A stretch of DNA of 64,000 bases, taken from contig JANOHV010000151.1 in NCBI GenBank assembly GCA_031406795.1, positions 6,232-70,231 of the forward strand, written 5' to 3'. The notes below the pieces were generated by a model. It worked only from the letters and a program-made list of their open reading frames with translations, had not been told where the DNA came from and made no database searches. Made by a program: the position numbers and the translations under genes. Shown in pieces: positions 38,733-48,108 of this stretch; position 1 is the first letter of the stretch, and every line of letters starts with the position of its first letter. This DNA is from Candidatus Rokuibacteriota bacterium. GTDB lineage: Bacteria > JAUVQV01 > DATDCY01.

Positions 38733-40454
38733 TTGATCCGGCGGCCGAGCATCGTCCGCGCACTTTTTCTCGCCATGATGGGCACCGGCCTGGCGATGGG
38801 GCTCGTCTTCCCGCTCGTGGTCACACCCTTCGCCGAGTACCGCCCGGGCCTGCGGCTGGCCTTCGCGGGGCTGTGCGTGGTGGCCGGCTTGGTGGTTGGC
38901 GGACTGAATTTCCTGCTCGTGAAGCGCTTTCTGCTGCGTCCCGTCGAGGAGGTCAGCCGTCAGCTCGAGTCGCTAGCCAGCGGTGAGGGCATTTCGGCCA
39001 CGCGCCTCTCGCTCGACTCGGATGATACGCTTGGCAGACTGGTTCTGCAGTTCAACGCCCTGATCGACCGGCTCCAGGGGACGTTGCGCCGGGTGATCGA
39101 AACCGTCGAAGCCTTCGTGGCCCACGCCGACGAGACGGGGAAGACAGCGCATGAGCTCGTTGCAAACCTCGATCGCAAGAGCCAGGTCATCGATGGAACA
39201 GCCAGCCTTTTTGCCGCGATGCGGCAGGAACTGATGAAAATCGAGGCGGTTCACGGTCGGCTTGCGGAGTCGGCCGCGGAGAGCCGTATTGCGGTCGGCG
39301 CGCAGGTCCGGCAGATCGCCGCGGTCAATGAGCAGATCGCGCAACTTCAGGAGCGCAGCGATGCGAACGCCGCAGCCATCAATCGCTCCAGCGCCGCTCT
39401 GCAGCGCACAAGCGGCGCCACCCGGGACTTGACGCGCGCGCTGGATGCCTCTTCCGCGAGCATGACCGAAATGGACTTCACGGTGCGGGAGATCGACCGG
39501 AATCTCAAGCAATCCACGTCTCTCGCCGAGCACGTTGCGACCGACGCGGCTGCGGGAAATCAGGCGGTTGCCAGCACCCGGGCGGGCATGGAGCGGATCC
39601 GGGAAGGGGTGGGGGCGGCAGCCGAGTCGATCTCTGAACTGGCCCGGCGGGTGGGGGAGATCGCCACGATCACCGGCGTCATCGACGAGGTCACTGAGCA
39701 GACCGGCCTGCTCGCCCTCAATGCCGCGATCATTGCCGCGCAGGCGGGCGAGCACGGCAGGGGGTTCGCGGTTGTCGCCGACGAGATCAGGAACCTCGCC
39801 AACCGGACGGCTGACTCCACCCGCGAGATCGCCGGGATCGTGCGCGCCTTTCGCGAGCAGGCGGACGCCTCCCTCGCCTCGATGAGGCAGAGCCGCCTGC
39901 AGGTGGACGAAGGCGTGGAGCTCTCGGGCAGGGCCGCCGAAGCGCTCGGCTCGATCCGGGAGAGCGCCGTGAGCTCGCTCCAGCAGGTGCAGGCCATCAG
40001 CCGGGCGATCGGGGAGATCGCGACGACGACCCACAGCCTCTCGGGCACCGTGGAGTCGATTGCCGCACGCGCGAAGGAAATCGCGTCTGCCACCGTCGAG
40101 CAGAGCAGGGAGATCGCCACCCTCCAGGGTTCGGTACAGGAGGACCGCCGCACCACGGGCGCCATCGTTGCCTCCACCCGCGAGCAGGAGCATTCGGCCC
40201 GCCGGATCGAGCGGCAGGCCGAAGAGGTGGCCGCCCTCGTACAAAGCAGCGGCGCAGCCGTGCGGGAAGGTCGCGGCCAGACCGACATGCTGGCCGCAAC
40301 CATCGAGACCCTGCAGGACATGGATGTCCGGGACCGGGGCTATTTTGGTCGGTCAGAGAAAGACGCCGCACGCCTGTCGGAAAAGGCGCAGGTACTGCGG
40401 CGGGAGATAGAATTGCTCAAACCGCATGAGGGCGCGGACGCGGGCGGCAGCTGA
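38733..40454 (+). CDS. Methyl-accepting chemotaxis protein
   Basis: Two close TM segments, [38 protein letters not shown]; start uncertain (TTG 38733). Confidence 0.88.
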   Translation: MIRRPSIVRALFLAMMGTGLAMGLVFPLVVTPFAEYRPGLRLAFAGLCVVAGLVVGGLNFLLVKRFLLRPVEEVSRQLESLASGEGISATRLSLDSDDTLGRLVLQFNALIDRLQGTLRRVIETVEAFVAHADETGKTAHELVANLDRKSQVIDGTASLFAAMRQELMKIEAVHGRLAESAAESRIAVGAQVRQIAAVNEQIAQLQERSDANAAAINRSSAALQRTSGATRDLTRALDASSASMTEMDFTVREIDRNLKQSTSLAEHVATDAAAGNQAVASTRAGMERIREGVGAAAESISELARRVGEIATITGVIDEVTEQTGLLALNAAIIAAQAGEHGRGFAVVADEIRNLANRTADSTREIAGIVRAFREQADASLASMRQSRLQVDEGVELSGRAAEALGSIRESAVSSLQQVQAISRAIGEIATTTHSLSGTVESIAARAKEIASATVEQSREIATLQGSVQEDRRTTGAIVASTREQEHSARRIERQAEEVAALVQSSGAAVREGRGQTDMLAATIETLQDMDVRDRGYFGRSEKDAARLSEKAQVLRREIELLKPHEGADAGGS

Positions 40455-40559
40455 TTCCCGACCCGACTTGTGCGTGGCTCCCCTTCGTTGACACGTTTCG
40501 AACTCTTTGCCTGGCTCCCAGCCGGGAGGTGACAAGGGCGCTGGTGGGGATGGAGCCGC

Positions 40560-41080
40560 TCGGCTTGATGGTTGCTCCAGCAAGGTTGCGGTGAAGTTGC
40601 TTGAAGAAAGCGGCGTCAAGCCCCCGCCAGATGTCCCCGGCACAGAAGCTTGCGATCGCCATAGAGCTTGAGTTTGTAGCTGAAACGGTCCGCCGTCGTT
40701 CAGACCAGGCCGAACTCGGTATCCTTGCAGATGCTGAAGGCGAGGTCGGTGAAAGTGCTCAGCTCACCCCGAGTGAGCGAGTGCTCCTCGTCCTCCTTGT
40801 ACTTGCACTGGATCGCCCAGAATCCTCCGTCCACCGTTTCCGCGATAAGGTCGATCCCCTCGTCCGGCCCCGGGAGGTTGAGCCTCTTGCGTTTGTCGGG
40901 CGGAACATCGCGCAGATGCCAGACGTGCTTCAGGATGGACGTGTAGATCGGGCTGAGCTTGAGATAGTGCTCGACGAGCGCTTCGAAGCAGTCGCCCTTC
41001 TCTTTTGCAGCGAGCGGGCGGAGTGCGTCGCGGAACTGCTCCCATGTCGCAGTTGATCTGAGGATCCGCCGGACGTTCAC
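40560..41080 (-). pseudogene. Truncated Mrr-like restriction endonuclease (N-terminus typical of nuclease-helicase fusions)
   Basis: KGDCFE..DEGIDL..WAIQCKY (PD-QxK); TGA at 40700-40702, then a frameshift; GTGA overlap with fic. Confidence 0.7.
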
Positions 41081-42246
41081 TCCCGATCCGTCCCCTCGCG
41101 CAGGATGGAAAGATAGCGTTCGTAGGCGTAGAGACGATTCCGTTTTCGCCCCGTGATCTCCCGGACGATACCAGCTTGCGCGAGTGCCGCGAGTGCCGAC
41201 GCGGCCGTCGGGGCGCTCAGACGCGTCTCCCTGACCAGGCGGGGGATCGAGTCGAGCGGCCGCTGCTGCAGCGCCTGGTGGATCCTCAGCGCGGACCCCG
41301 AGACCCGGCCCAGCGCCGCGATGCGCGCGCGGTCCTCGACGGCAACCTGCTCGAGCTTCCGCGCGGTTGCCACGGCCCCGTCTGCCATCTCCCGGATCCC
41401 CTCCGCAAAGAAGAGAATCCATGATTCCCAGTCCCCCGTGAGCCGCACCGAGGAGAGCAGCTCGAAGTAGCGGCTCCGATGCTGCTTGAGGTAGAGGCTC
41501 ATGTACAGCAGCGGTTCCCGCAGCACATTCTCCTGGCAAAGGATGAGCGGGATCAGCAGCCGTCCCACCCTGCCGTTGCCGTCCAGAAAGGGATGGATCG
41601 TCTCGAACTGCACGTGCGCCATCGCCGCTTTCAGCAGGACTGGAGTCCGCTCCGGCAGATCGTGGAGGAACCTCTCCAGGGCAGCCATGCATTCCTCGAC
41701 CCGATCGGCTGGCGGCGGTACGAACGCGGCGTTCCCCGGGCGGGTGCCCCCGATCCAGTTCTGCGACCGACGAAACTCTCCCGGAAGACGATCGCTGCCT
41801 CGCCCCTTGGCCAGCAGGATGCCGTGGATCTCGCGAAGCAACCGGTTGGAGAGCGGGAAGCCCTCCCGCAGCCGCTCGTGCCCGTGCTTCATCGCCGCAA
41901 CATAGTTCGACACCTCGACGACATCGTCGATCGGCACTCCGGGAGCCTCGTCCAGTTCGAAGAGGAGAAGATCCGAGAGCGAGGATTGCGTCCCCTCGAT
42001 GCGGGAGGAAAGCACCGCTTCCTTCCGGACATACATGTAGAGGAAGAGTTGCGTATCCGGGAGCAGCGTCGTTACGCTGTCGAGTCGGCCAAGGGCGAGG
42101 AGTGCCTGGTCTAGGGCCTCGCGCAATTTCGCATCGACGCCGAGAGCAGGCTCAGGTGGTACTGGGCGGGGAATGAACGCACGGACCGGTTCACCGCCGA
42201 CGACCAGCGTCGAGTATTCTCCGGTGAGCCCTCGCCTCACGGGCAC
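41077..42246 (-). CDS. Fic family protein
   Basis: HPFLDGNGRVGR; autoinhibitory SSRIEG; C-terminal HTH. Confidence 0.93.
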   Translation of the reverse strand: MPVRRGLTGEYSTLVVGGEPVRAFIPRPVPPEPALGVDAKLREALDQALLALGRLDSVTTLLPDTQLFLYMYVRKEAVLSSRIEGTQSSLSDLLLFELDEAPGVPIDDVVEVSNYVAAMKHGHERLREGFPLSNRLLREIHGILLAKGRGSDRLPGEFRRSQNWIGGTRPGNAAFVPPPADRVEECMAALERFLHDLPERTPVLLKAAMAHVQFETIHPFLDGNGRVGRLLIPLILCQENVLREPLLYMSLYLKQHRSRYFELLSSVRLTGDWESWILFFAEGIREMADGAVATARKLEQVAVEDRARIAALGRVSGSALRIHQALQQRPLDSIPRLVRETRLSAPTAASALAALAQAGIVREITGRKRNRLYAYERYLSILREGTDRE

Positions 42247-42392
42247 CCCCCTATGAAAGTTACTTTTCTATCGCTGACCACTAATAAAGGATATGGCGAT
42301 TTCTTTTAACAAGCAAGTGGCTATATTGAGGACAAAAGGACTTTGAAAATTTGAAATGCCGTTTCGGCAGTGAATACCGCTTTGGTCTTAAT

Positions 42393-42468
<76 letters not shown>

Positions 42469-42568
42469 ATGTCGGTCGCATATTCGGCGGGCACAACCAT
42501 AACGGGAGTGCGCATGAGTGTCAAGACTGGAACGTCACCGATGCCTGCGGAGCAGGCCGCGCGGCCTG

Positions 42569-43162
42569 CTACCCGCCCTGGCCCCTCTTGAGCTCGATCA
42601 GGACGAGGCGGGCGACCGCCTTGAGGGTGTCGAAGACCCCGGTCCCGATCGGCGCCACCGCCTCGAAGTCCGGCACGCCGCCCGGGTTGAGCAGCTCGCG
42701 CATCTCGTGCACCGGCGCGACGTTGGGCAAGTCGCGCTTGTTGTACTGGATGACGTACGGCAGCTTGTCCAGGTCGTAGCCCTGCTCCTGGAGGTTGAAG
42801 CGGAGGTTCTCGATGCTCTCCGAGTTGGCCTCCATGCGCTCGACCTGGGAGTCGGCGCAGAAGATCGCGCCGTCGACCCCCTTGAGGATCAGCTTGCGCG
42901 ACGCGTCATAGAAGACCTGCCCGGGCACGGTGTAGAGGTGGAAGCGTACCTTGAAACCGCGGATGCTCCCGAGCGCCAGCGGCAGAAAATCGAAGAAGAG
43001 CGTGCGTTCGGTCTCGGTCGCCAGGGAGATCATCTTCCCGCGGATGTCGGGGTTGGTCTTCTGGTAGATGTACTGAAGATTGGTCGTCTTCCCGCAGAGG
43101 CCGGGACCGTAGTAGACGATCTTGCAGTTGATTTCCCGCGAAGCGTAGTTGATGAACGACAC
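42569..43162 (-). CDS. mglA: MglA small GTPase
   Basis: [30 protein letters not shown]. Confidence 0.93.
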   Translation of the reverse strand: MSFINYASREINCKIVYYGPGLCGKTTNLQYIYQKTNPDIRGKMISLATETERTLFFDFLPLALGSIRGFKVRFHLYTVPGQVFYDASRKLILKGVDGAIFCADSQVERMEANSESIENLRFNLQEQGYDLDKLPYVIQYNKRDLPNVAPVHEMRELLNPGGVPDFEAVAPIGTGVFDTLKAVARLVLIELKRGQGG

Positions 43163-43177
43163 GGCGCCTGATATCCC

Positions 43178-43687
43178 CTAACGGAAAAGATTGTCGATAT
43201 CGTCTTCGGTGATCTCGGCAAACGGCGAGGAGGCCTCGGTCGCGCCGACACCGACACCGGTCTTCTCGCGCTCGGTCTTCCGGGCGATCTCCTCGAAGAT
43301 GCGCACGAGACTCTCCGAGGTGCGCTTGACGCGCAGCCGCACCAGGCCGAGCGAAGTGCGGGTGTCGAAGATCACGACGAGGATTACGCGATCGCCGACG
43401 AGGGAGATGTGCATGTTGTCCTTCTCGCCCTCGTGGAAGAGGATCGAGAACTCCTTTTCCCCGAGCAGCTTCGCGAGCCCCCCCGTGGCGGCGATGTTGC
43501 CGGCGGTGAGCGAGGCGAGCGACGTGGTGTCCATGCCTCCGGCATTGCCCGAGGAGGCGATGAGCTGGCCGTTCTTGTCGACGAGGAAGACGACCTTGGC
43601 GTTGGCTTCGCGACAGAGTCGCTCGACCTCGGCCACGATCTGCTGGAACTCCTCCTCGTAGAGGATCAGGTCAGGGTTGGCGTTCAC
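43178..43687 (-). CDS. mglB: MglB roadblock/LC7 GAP
   Basis: LASLTAGNIAATGGLA, LGLVRLRV, ITEDDIDNLF. Confidence 0.92.
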   Translation of the reverse strand: MNANPDLILYEEEFQQIVAEVERLCREANAKVVFLVDKNGQLIASSGNAGGMDTTSLASLTAGNIAATGGLAKLLGEKEFSILFHEGEKDNMHISLVGDRVILVVIFDTRTSLGLVRLRVKRTSESLVRIFEEIARKTEREKTGVGVGATEASSPFAEITEDDIDNLFR

Positions 43688-43772
43688 CGTATCATCTCCT
43701 CATTCCCCCGGCGCGGGGCGCCCCGGAAGCGTTTGATGAGTATCGCACACCCGGGCGCCCCCCGCAAGGGAG

Positions 43773-44723
43773 CTACAGCCCGCAGGCGGCGAGCTTTTGC
43801 AGGCGCTCCCACTCCAGGTCGACCCGCGCCTGGAACGCATCGAGCATCTCCATGTTCGGCGCGGGCTTGAACAGGTGGGCGAAGCGGCCCTGCAGCTTGA
43901 GCCACTCGATGACCGGCAGCTTCTCCTTGGGCGTGTAATTGATCGTCATCTTGCCCTCCTCGATCTCGAAGAGCGGCCAGTAGCAGCTGTCGACCGCCTT
44001 GCGCAGGATCGAGACCGCCTCGGCCGGTTTGCTGCGCCAGCCGCGGTGGCAGGTCGAGATCACGTTGATGAAGCTCGGCCCGTCGACGGCCAGCGCCTTC
44101 TTGACCTTGATCGTGTAGTCCCGCCAGTTGCTCGGCGAGGCCTGGGCCACGTATGGGATGCGGTGCGCCGACACGATCGCGGCCAGGTCCTTGCGCCACT
44201 GCATCTTGCCGGGGCTCAGCTTGCCGGACGGCGAGGTGGTCGTCGAGGCGCCCATCGGGGTGGCGCTCGAGCGCTGGATGCCGGTGTTCATGTACGCGCC
44301 GTTGTCCAGGCAGATGTAGAGCATCCGGTGGCCGCGCTCGAGGGCGCACGAGAGCGCCTGCAAGCCGATGTCGTAGGTGGCGCCGTCGCCGCCGAAGGCG
44401 ATGAAGCGCCGCTCGGTGTCGGATGGGAGCTTCCCCTGCTTCTTCAGCGACTGGTACATCGCCTCCATGCCGGAGGCGGTCGCCGCGGCGTTTTCGAAGG
44501 CGCTGTGGATCCACGGCACCCGCCAGGCGGTGAAGGGGTGGATCGAGGTCGCGACCTCGAGGCAGCCGGTCGCGGCGGTGGCGACCACCGGGTAGTCTGC
44601 GGCCATCAGCGTCTGGCGCACGATCACCGAGTGCATGCACCCGGCGCAGAGCCGGTGGCCGCCGGCGAGCTGTTCCGGCTTCTTCGCGAATTCCTTCAGG
44701 CTGACCGAATATTTCGTCGTCAT
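43773..44723 (-). CDS. porB: Pyruvate/2-oxoacid:ferredoxin oxidoreductase beta subunit
   Basis: GHRLCAGC, TGCLEV, TPP motif GGDG..DNGAYMNTG. Confidence 0.9.
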   Translation of the reverse strand: MTTKYSVSLKEFAKKPEQLAGGHRLCAGCMHSVIVRQTLMAADYPVVATAATGCLEVATSIHPFTAWRVPWIHSAFENAAATASGMEAMYQSLKKQGKLPSDTERRFIAFGGDGATYDIGLQALSCALERGHRMLYICLDNGAYMNTGIQRSSATPMGASTTTSPSGKLSPGKMQWRKDLAAIVSAHRIPYVAQASPSNWRDYTIKVKKALAVDGPSFINVISTCHRGWRSKPAEAVSILRKAVDSCYWPLFEIEEGKMTINYTPKEKLPVIEWLKLQGRFAHLFKPAPNMEMLDAFQARVDLEWERLQKLAACGL

Positions 44724-44738
44724 CGCGTCTGTCTCCCC

Positions 44739-45926
44739 CTACTCGCGGACCTGGAGGTAGTCGTAGTGGCTCTCGATCTTCCCGGTGTCGACCGCCTTCT
44801 TGAGACGGTGCACCAGCTGGCGCCCCTCCTCGAGAGTCAGGTCGCGGCCGCCGAGGCCGTAGATGAAGTTCACCGTCCGGGGACGCTTCGGCTGCTCGAA
44901 CAGCGCCGAGCGCACCTCGTGGAAGACCGGGCCGCCGAAGGCGCCAAAGGAGTCTGATCGATCGAGCACCGCCAGCACCTTGAGGTGCCCCAGGGCCGCC
45001 GCCAGCTCTTCCGCCGGGAAGGGGCGGAAGACCCGCAGCTTGAGCGTGCCGACCCTGACCCCCTCCTCGCGCAGCTCGTTCACCACCTCGCGCAGCGTCC
45101 CCGCCGAGGAGCCGAGCGACAGGATGCCGATCTCGGCGTCCTCGAGCCGGTGCGTCTCGAAGCTGCCGTAGGAGCGCCCCGTCAGCTTCGCGAAGCGCTC
45201 GGCCTCGCGCTTGATCGCCCCGCGCGCCTGGGCCATCGCCTCGGACTGCTGGCGCTTGTGTTCGGTGTAGTAGTCCTGCAGGTCGACCGCGCCGTAGGTG
45301 ACAGGCTTGGTCACGTCCAGCATCGGGTGCAGCGGCTGGTAGTCGCCGACGAACTTCTTCGCGGTCTCGTCGGCGAGCAGCTCGACCCGCTCAATGGAGT
45401 GGCTGATCGTGAAGCCGTCGTAGCAGCACATCACCGGCAGCCGCACCTTCAGGTCTTCGGAGATCCCGATCGCCATCAGCGCGTTGTCGTAGGCCTCCTG
45501 CGCGTTCTCGCCGAAGAGCTGGATCCAGCCGGCGTCGCGCGCCCCCATCGAGTCGGAGTGGTCGCCGTGGATGTTCAACGGCGCCGAGAGCGCGCGGTTT
45601 ACACACGCCATGACGATCGGCAGGCGCAGGCCCGCCGCGACGTAGAGCATCTCCCACATGTAGGCCAGGCCGGCCGACGAAGTCGCGGTCATCACGCGCC
45701 CGCCCGCTGCCGCCGCCCCGATGCAGGCGCTCATCGCCGAGTGCTCGCTCTCGACGGCGATGAAGTTCGTCGGCACCTTGCCGTCCGCGACGAACTGCGA
45801 AAAATTCTCGACCACCTGCGTCGACGGGGTGATCGGGTAGGCGGCGACGACGTCGGGGGCGATCTGGCGCATCGCCTCGGCCATGGCTTCGTTTCCGGTG
45901 ATGCCGGCGATCTTACTCTTCGGCAT
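44739..45926 (-). CDS. porA: Pyruvate/2-oxoacid:ferredoxin oxidoreductase alpha subunit
   Basis: AAYPITP, ESEHSAMS, ATSSAGL, RVFRPFP, GLGGRD. Confidence 0.92.
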   Translation of the reverse strand: MPKSKIAGITGNEAMAEAMRQIAPDVVAAYPITPSTQVVENFSQFVADGKVPTNFIAVESEHSAMSACIGAAAAGGRVMTATSSAGLAYMWEMLYVAAGLRLPIVMACVNRALSAPLNIHGDHSDSMGARDAGWIQLFGENAQEAYDNALMAIGISEDLKVRLPVMCCYDGFTISHSIERVELLADETAKKFVGDYQPLHPMLDVTKPVTYGAVDLQDYYTEHKRQQSEAMAQARGAIKREAERFAKLTGRSYGSFETHRLEDAEIGILSLGSSAGTLREVVNELREEGVRVGTLKLRVFRPFPAEELAAALGHLKVLAVLDRSDSFGAFGGPVFHEVRSALFEQPKRPRTVNFIYGLGGRDLTLEEGRQLVHRLKKAVDTGKIESHYDYLQVRE

Positions 45927-46239
45927 GGCAGACCCCCTCGTTCTTGAACTCGGCCTCTTCGACCATCGTGATCGCCTGGACCTTCTTCGGGCACTCGTGA
46001 GCGCAGATCCCGCACCCCTTGCAGTGCTTCAGGTCGAAGTCGTTGTGCTTGCCGTCGACAGTGACGAGGATCGCCGAGTCGGGACAGAAGACCCAGCAGG
46101 TCAGGCAGTTGACGCACTTCGCCTTGTCCCGCACCGGCCGGAACGTGCGCCAGCCGCCGGTGACGTAGGCGTCCGAGGTCCCCCCGCCGGGGATCACGCC
46201 GCCGAACTCCAGTTCCTTCCAGCCTTTCTTCTTGCTCAT
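45913..46239 (-). CDS. porD: POR delta subunit (2x[4Fe-4S])
   Basis: TGGWRTFRP, CVNCLTCWVFCP, CKGCGICAHECP. Confidence 0.9.
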   Translation of the reverse strand: MSKKKGWKELEFGGVIPGGGTSDAYVTGGWRTFRPVRDKAKCVNCLTCWVFCPDSAILVTVDGKHNDFDLKHCKGCGICAHECPKKVQAITMVEEAEFKNEGVCHAEE

Positions 46240-46241
46240 GG

Positions 46242-46814
46242 CTACTTCTGTACCTCCTCGAACCCGCGGCGTACGATGCTCAGGTTCTGTTCGATGACCT
46301 CGGCCGAGAGCTTCTTGCCGAGGATGCCCTTGACGTTCTCCAGCAGCGTGTCGAGACCGACGACGCCGGACACCTTCGCCAGCGCCCCGAGCGTCGGCGT
46401 GTTCGGGAAGCTCTTGCCGAGCGCCGAGAGCGAGATGTTCGTCGCGTCGACGGTGGTCACGCGAAACGGCTTGAGCTGCGGGTGCGCCGCCTTGATGTCG
46501 GCGGGGCACTTGGGGGTGTTGATCAGAAAGAGCGTCTCGGGCGTCCCGCCTTCCGTGACGTCCACCGCATCGAGGAGCGTCGGGTCCATGACCACGATCA
46601 CCCCGGGGTGCTCGATCACGCAATAGATCGAAAACTTCCTTTTGGCGATGCGGTTGTACGCCTGCACCGGCGCCCCTTCGCGCTCGGGTCCGTATTCGGG
46701 GAAAGCCTGGACGTAGTCCCCGGCCGCCATCGCGGTGTCGGCGAGGATCTTCGCCGCCGAGACCGCACCCTGCCCCGCCCGCGCGTGCCAACGAATCTCT
46801 GTAATCCCCTTCAT
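46242..46814 (-). CDS. porC: POR gamma subunit
   Basis: EIRWHARAGQG, FPEYGPEREGAP, PNTPTLGA. Confidence 0.88.
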   Translation of the reverse strand: MKGITEIRWHARAGQGAVSAAKILADTAMAAGDYVQAFPEYGPEREGAPVQAYNRIAKRKFSIYCVIEHPGVIVVMDPTLLDAVDVTEGGTPETLFLINTPKCPADIKAAHPQLKPFRVTTVDATNISLSALGKSFPNTPTLGALAKVSGVVGLDTLLENVKGILGKKLSAEVIEQNLSIVRRGFEEVQK

Positions 46815-46848
46815 CTGCCCCTCCAGCTCTCGTTAACCGGGCCGGGGC

Positions 46849-46975
46849 TCTTCAGGAGGCCCTTTTCCGCCCCGGCGGCGTTGCCCCTCGCTCCGCTTGT
46901 GCGGCGTACGGCTCGTACGCCTCCGCGCGAGACTCGGGGCTGCCTTGCCGGGACGAAAAATGACGCTCCTGAAGA
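46849..46975. repeat. MITE-like palindromic element
   Basis: Terminal IR TCTTCAGGAG/CTCCTGAAGA; central hairpin GGCGTACG-GCT-CGTACGCC; related to 51451-51566. Confidence 0.65.
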
Positions 46976-47012
46976 ACCTCGGCTCCGTCCCCATGAACAG
47001 CCTTGCCCGTCA

Positions 47013-47609
47013 TTATATGTCACGCCGGTTCTCGATCGCCTTGGCGAGCGTCAGTTCGTCGATGTACTCGAGCTCGCCGCCCACGGGAACCCCGCGCGCC
47101 AGCCGCGTGACCTGGACGCCCAGGCCCTTGAGCTGCCTGCCCAGATACAGGGCGGTGGCCTCGCCCTCGAGCGTTGGGTTGGTGGCGATCAGCACCTCGC
47201 GGAAGGACCCGGCGCCGATGCGCTCGAGCAGCTCGCGAACGCGCAGCTGCTCCGGCCCGATGCCCTCCAACGGGGAAAGCACCCCGCCGAGAATGTGGTA
47301 GAGGCCGCGGAAGCTCCGGGCCTTCTCGAGCGCGGCCAGGTCGTGGGGCTCCTCGACGACGCAGAGCAACCCCCGGTCGCGCGACTGGTCGGAACAGATC
47401 GGGCAGAGCTCCTCCTCGGTGAGATTGAAGCAGGAAGTGCAGTCACGGGTCTTCTTCTTGACTTCGAGAATCAGGCGAGCGAGACGCACCGCTTCCTCCT
47501 GGGGAAGCTTGAGGATGTCCAGGACCATCGTCTGGGCCGCCCGGCGACCGACCCCGGGCAGGCGCGAGAGTTCGGCGATCAGACGGTCGGTGCTTCTCGT
47601 GTAGCCCAT
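47013..47609 (-). CDS. recR: Recombination protein RecR
   Basis: LPGVG HhH, C4 zinc finger, YHILGG, EGEATA, RLARGVPVGGELEY. Confidence 0.95.
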   Translation of the reverse strand: MGYTRSTDRLIAELSRLPGVGRRAAQTMVLDILKLPQEEAVRLARLILEVKKKTRDCTSCFNLTEEELCPICSDQSRDRGLLCVVEEPHDLAALEKARSFRGLYHILGGVLSPLEGIGPEQLRVRELLERIGAGSFREVLIATNPTLEGEATALYLGRQLKGLGVQVTRLARGVPVGGELEYIDELTLAKAIENRRDI

Positions 47610-47743
47610 GAATTTCCTCTCCGCACCCTGCTCGCGAGAATGTTGTTACGCTCTATCACAACAACTCCAGATCCCGAGTTTGGGAAGTCTCCGACGTGTT
47701 AGGGCACAAGCCTCCATAGTCTTGCGGGCGAAGCGCCCGCACT

Positions 47744-48052
47744 CTAGAAGAGGCCGGGGAGACCGGCGCCGCCGGTGACTTTCTTCATCGCCTGCTCGAC
47801 TGCCTCGCGCGCCTTGCTCAGGGCCTCGTTCGCGGCGACCACGAAGAGATCCTGGAGCATCTCGACATCCTCGGGGCGAGCCGCCTCGGGATCGATCCGC
47901 ACATCGAGAATCTCCCCCTTGCCGCTGGCGCCCACGGTCACCACGCCGCCGGCCGTGGCCTCCGCCCGGTGCCCGGCCATCTCCTCCTGCACCTTGAGAA
48001 TCTGGGCCTGCATTTTCTGGGCCTGGCGCATCATCTGCTGCATCTGGTTCAT
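47744..48052 (-). CDS. ybaB: YbaB/EbfC nucleoid-associated protein
   Basis: MMRQAQKMQ, GGVVTV, DVEMLQDL; located between dnaX and recR. Confidence 0.92.
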   Translation of the reverse strand: MNQMQQMMRQAQKMQAQILKVQEEMAGHRAEATAGGVVTVGASGKGEILDVRIDPEAARPEDVEMLQDLFVVAANEALSKAREAVEQAMKKVTGGAGLPGLF

Positions 48053-48108
48053 GTCAGAGCCTCCGTTGGCACATTGCCGAGCGTTGCGGGAAACGGGCGG
48101 GTCGCCGG

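Noticed and set aside
40700-40702. In-frame TGA in the restriction gene as a second Sec codon
   Set aside because: A frameshift and truncation follow, there is no clear SECIS and no redox context; pseudogene decay is the simpler explanation
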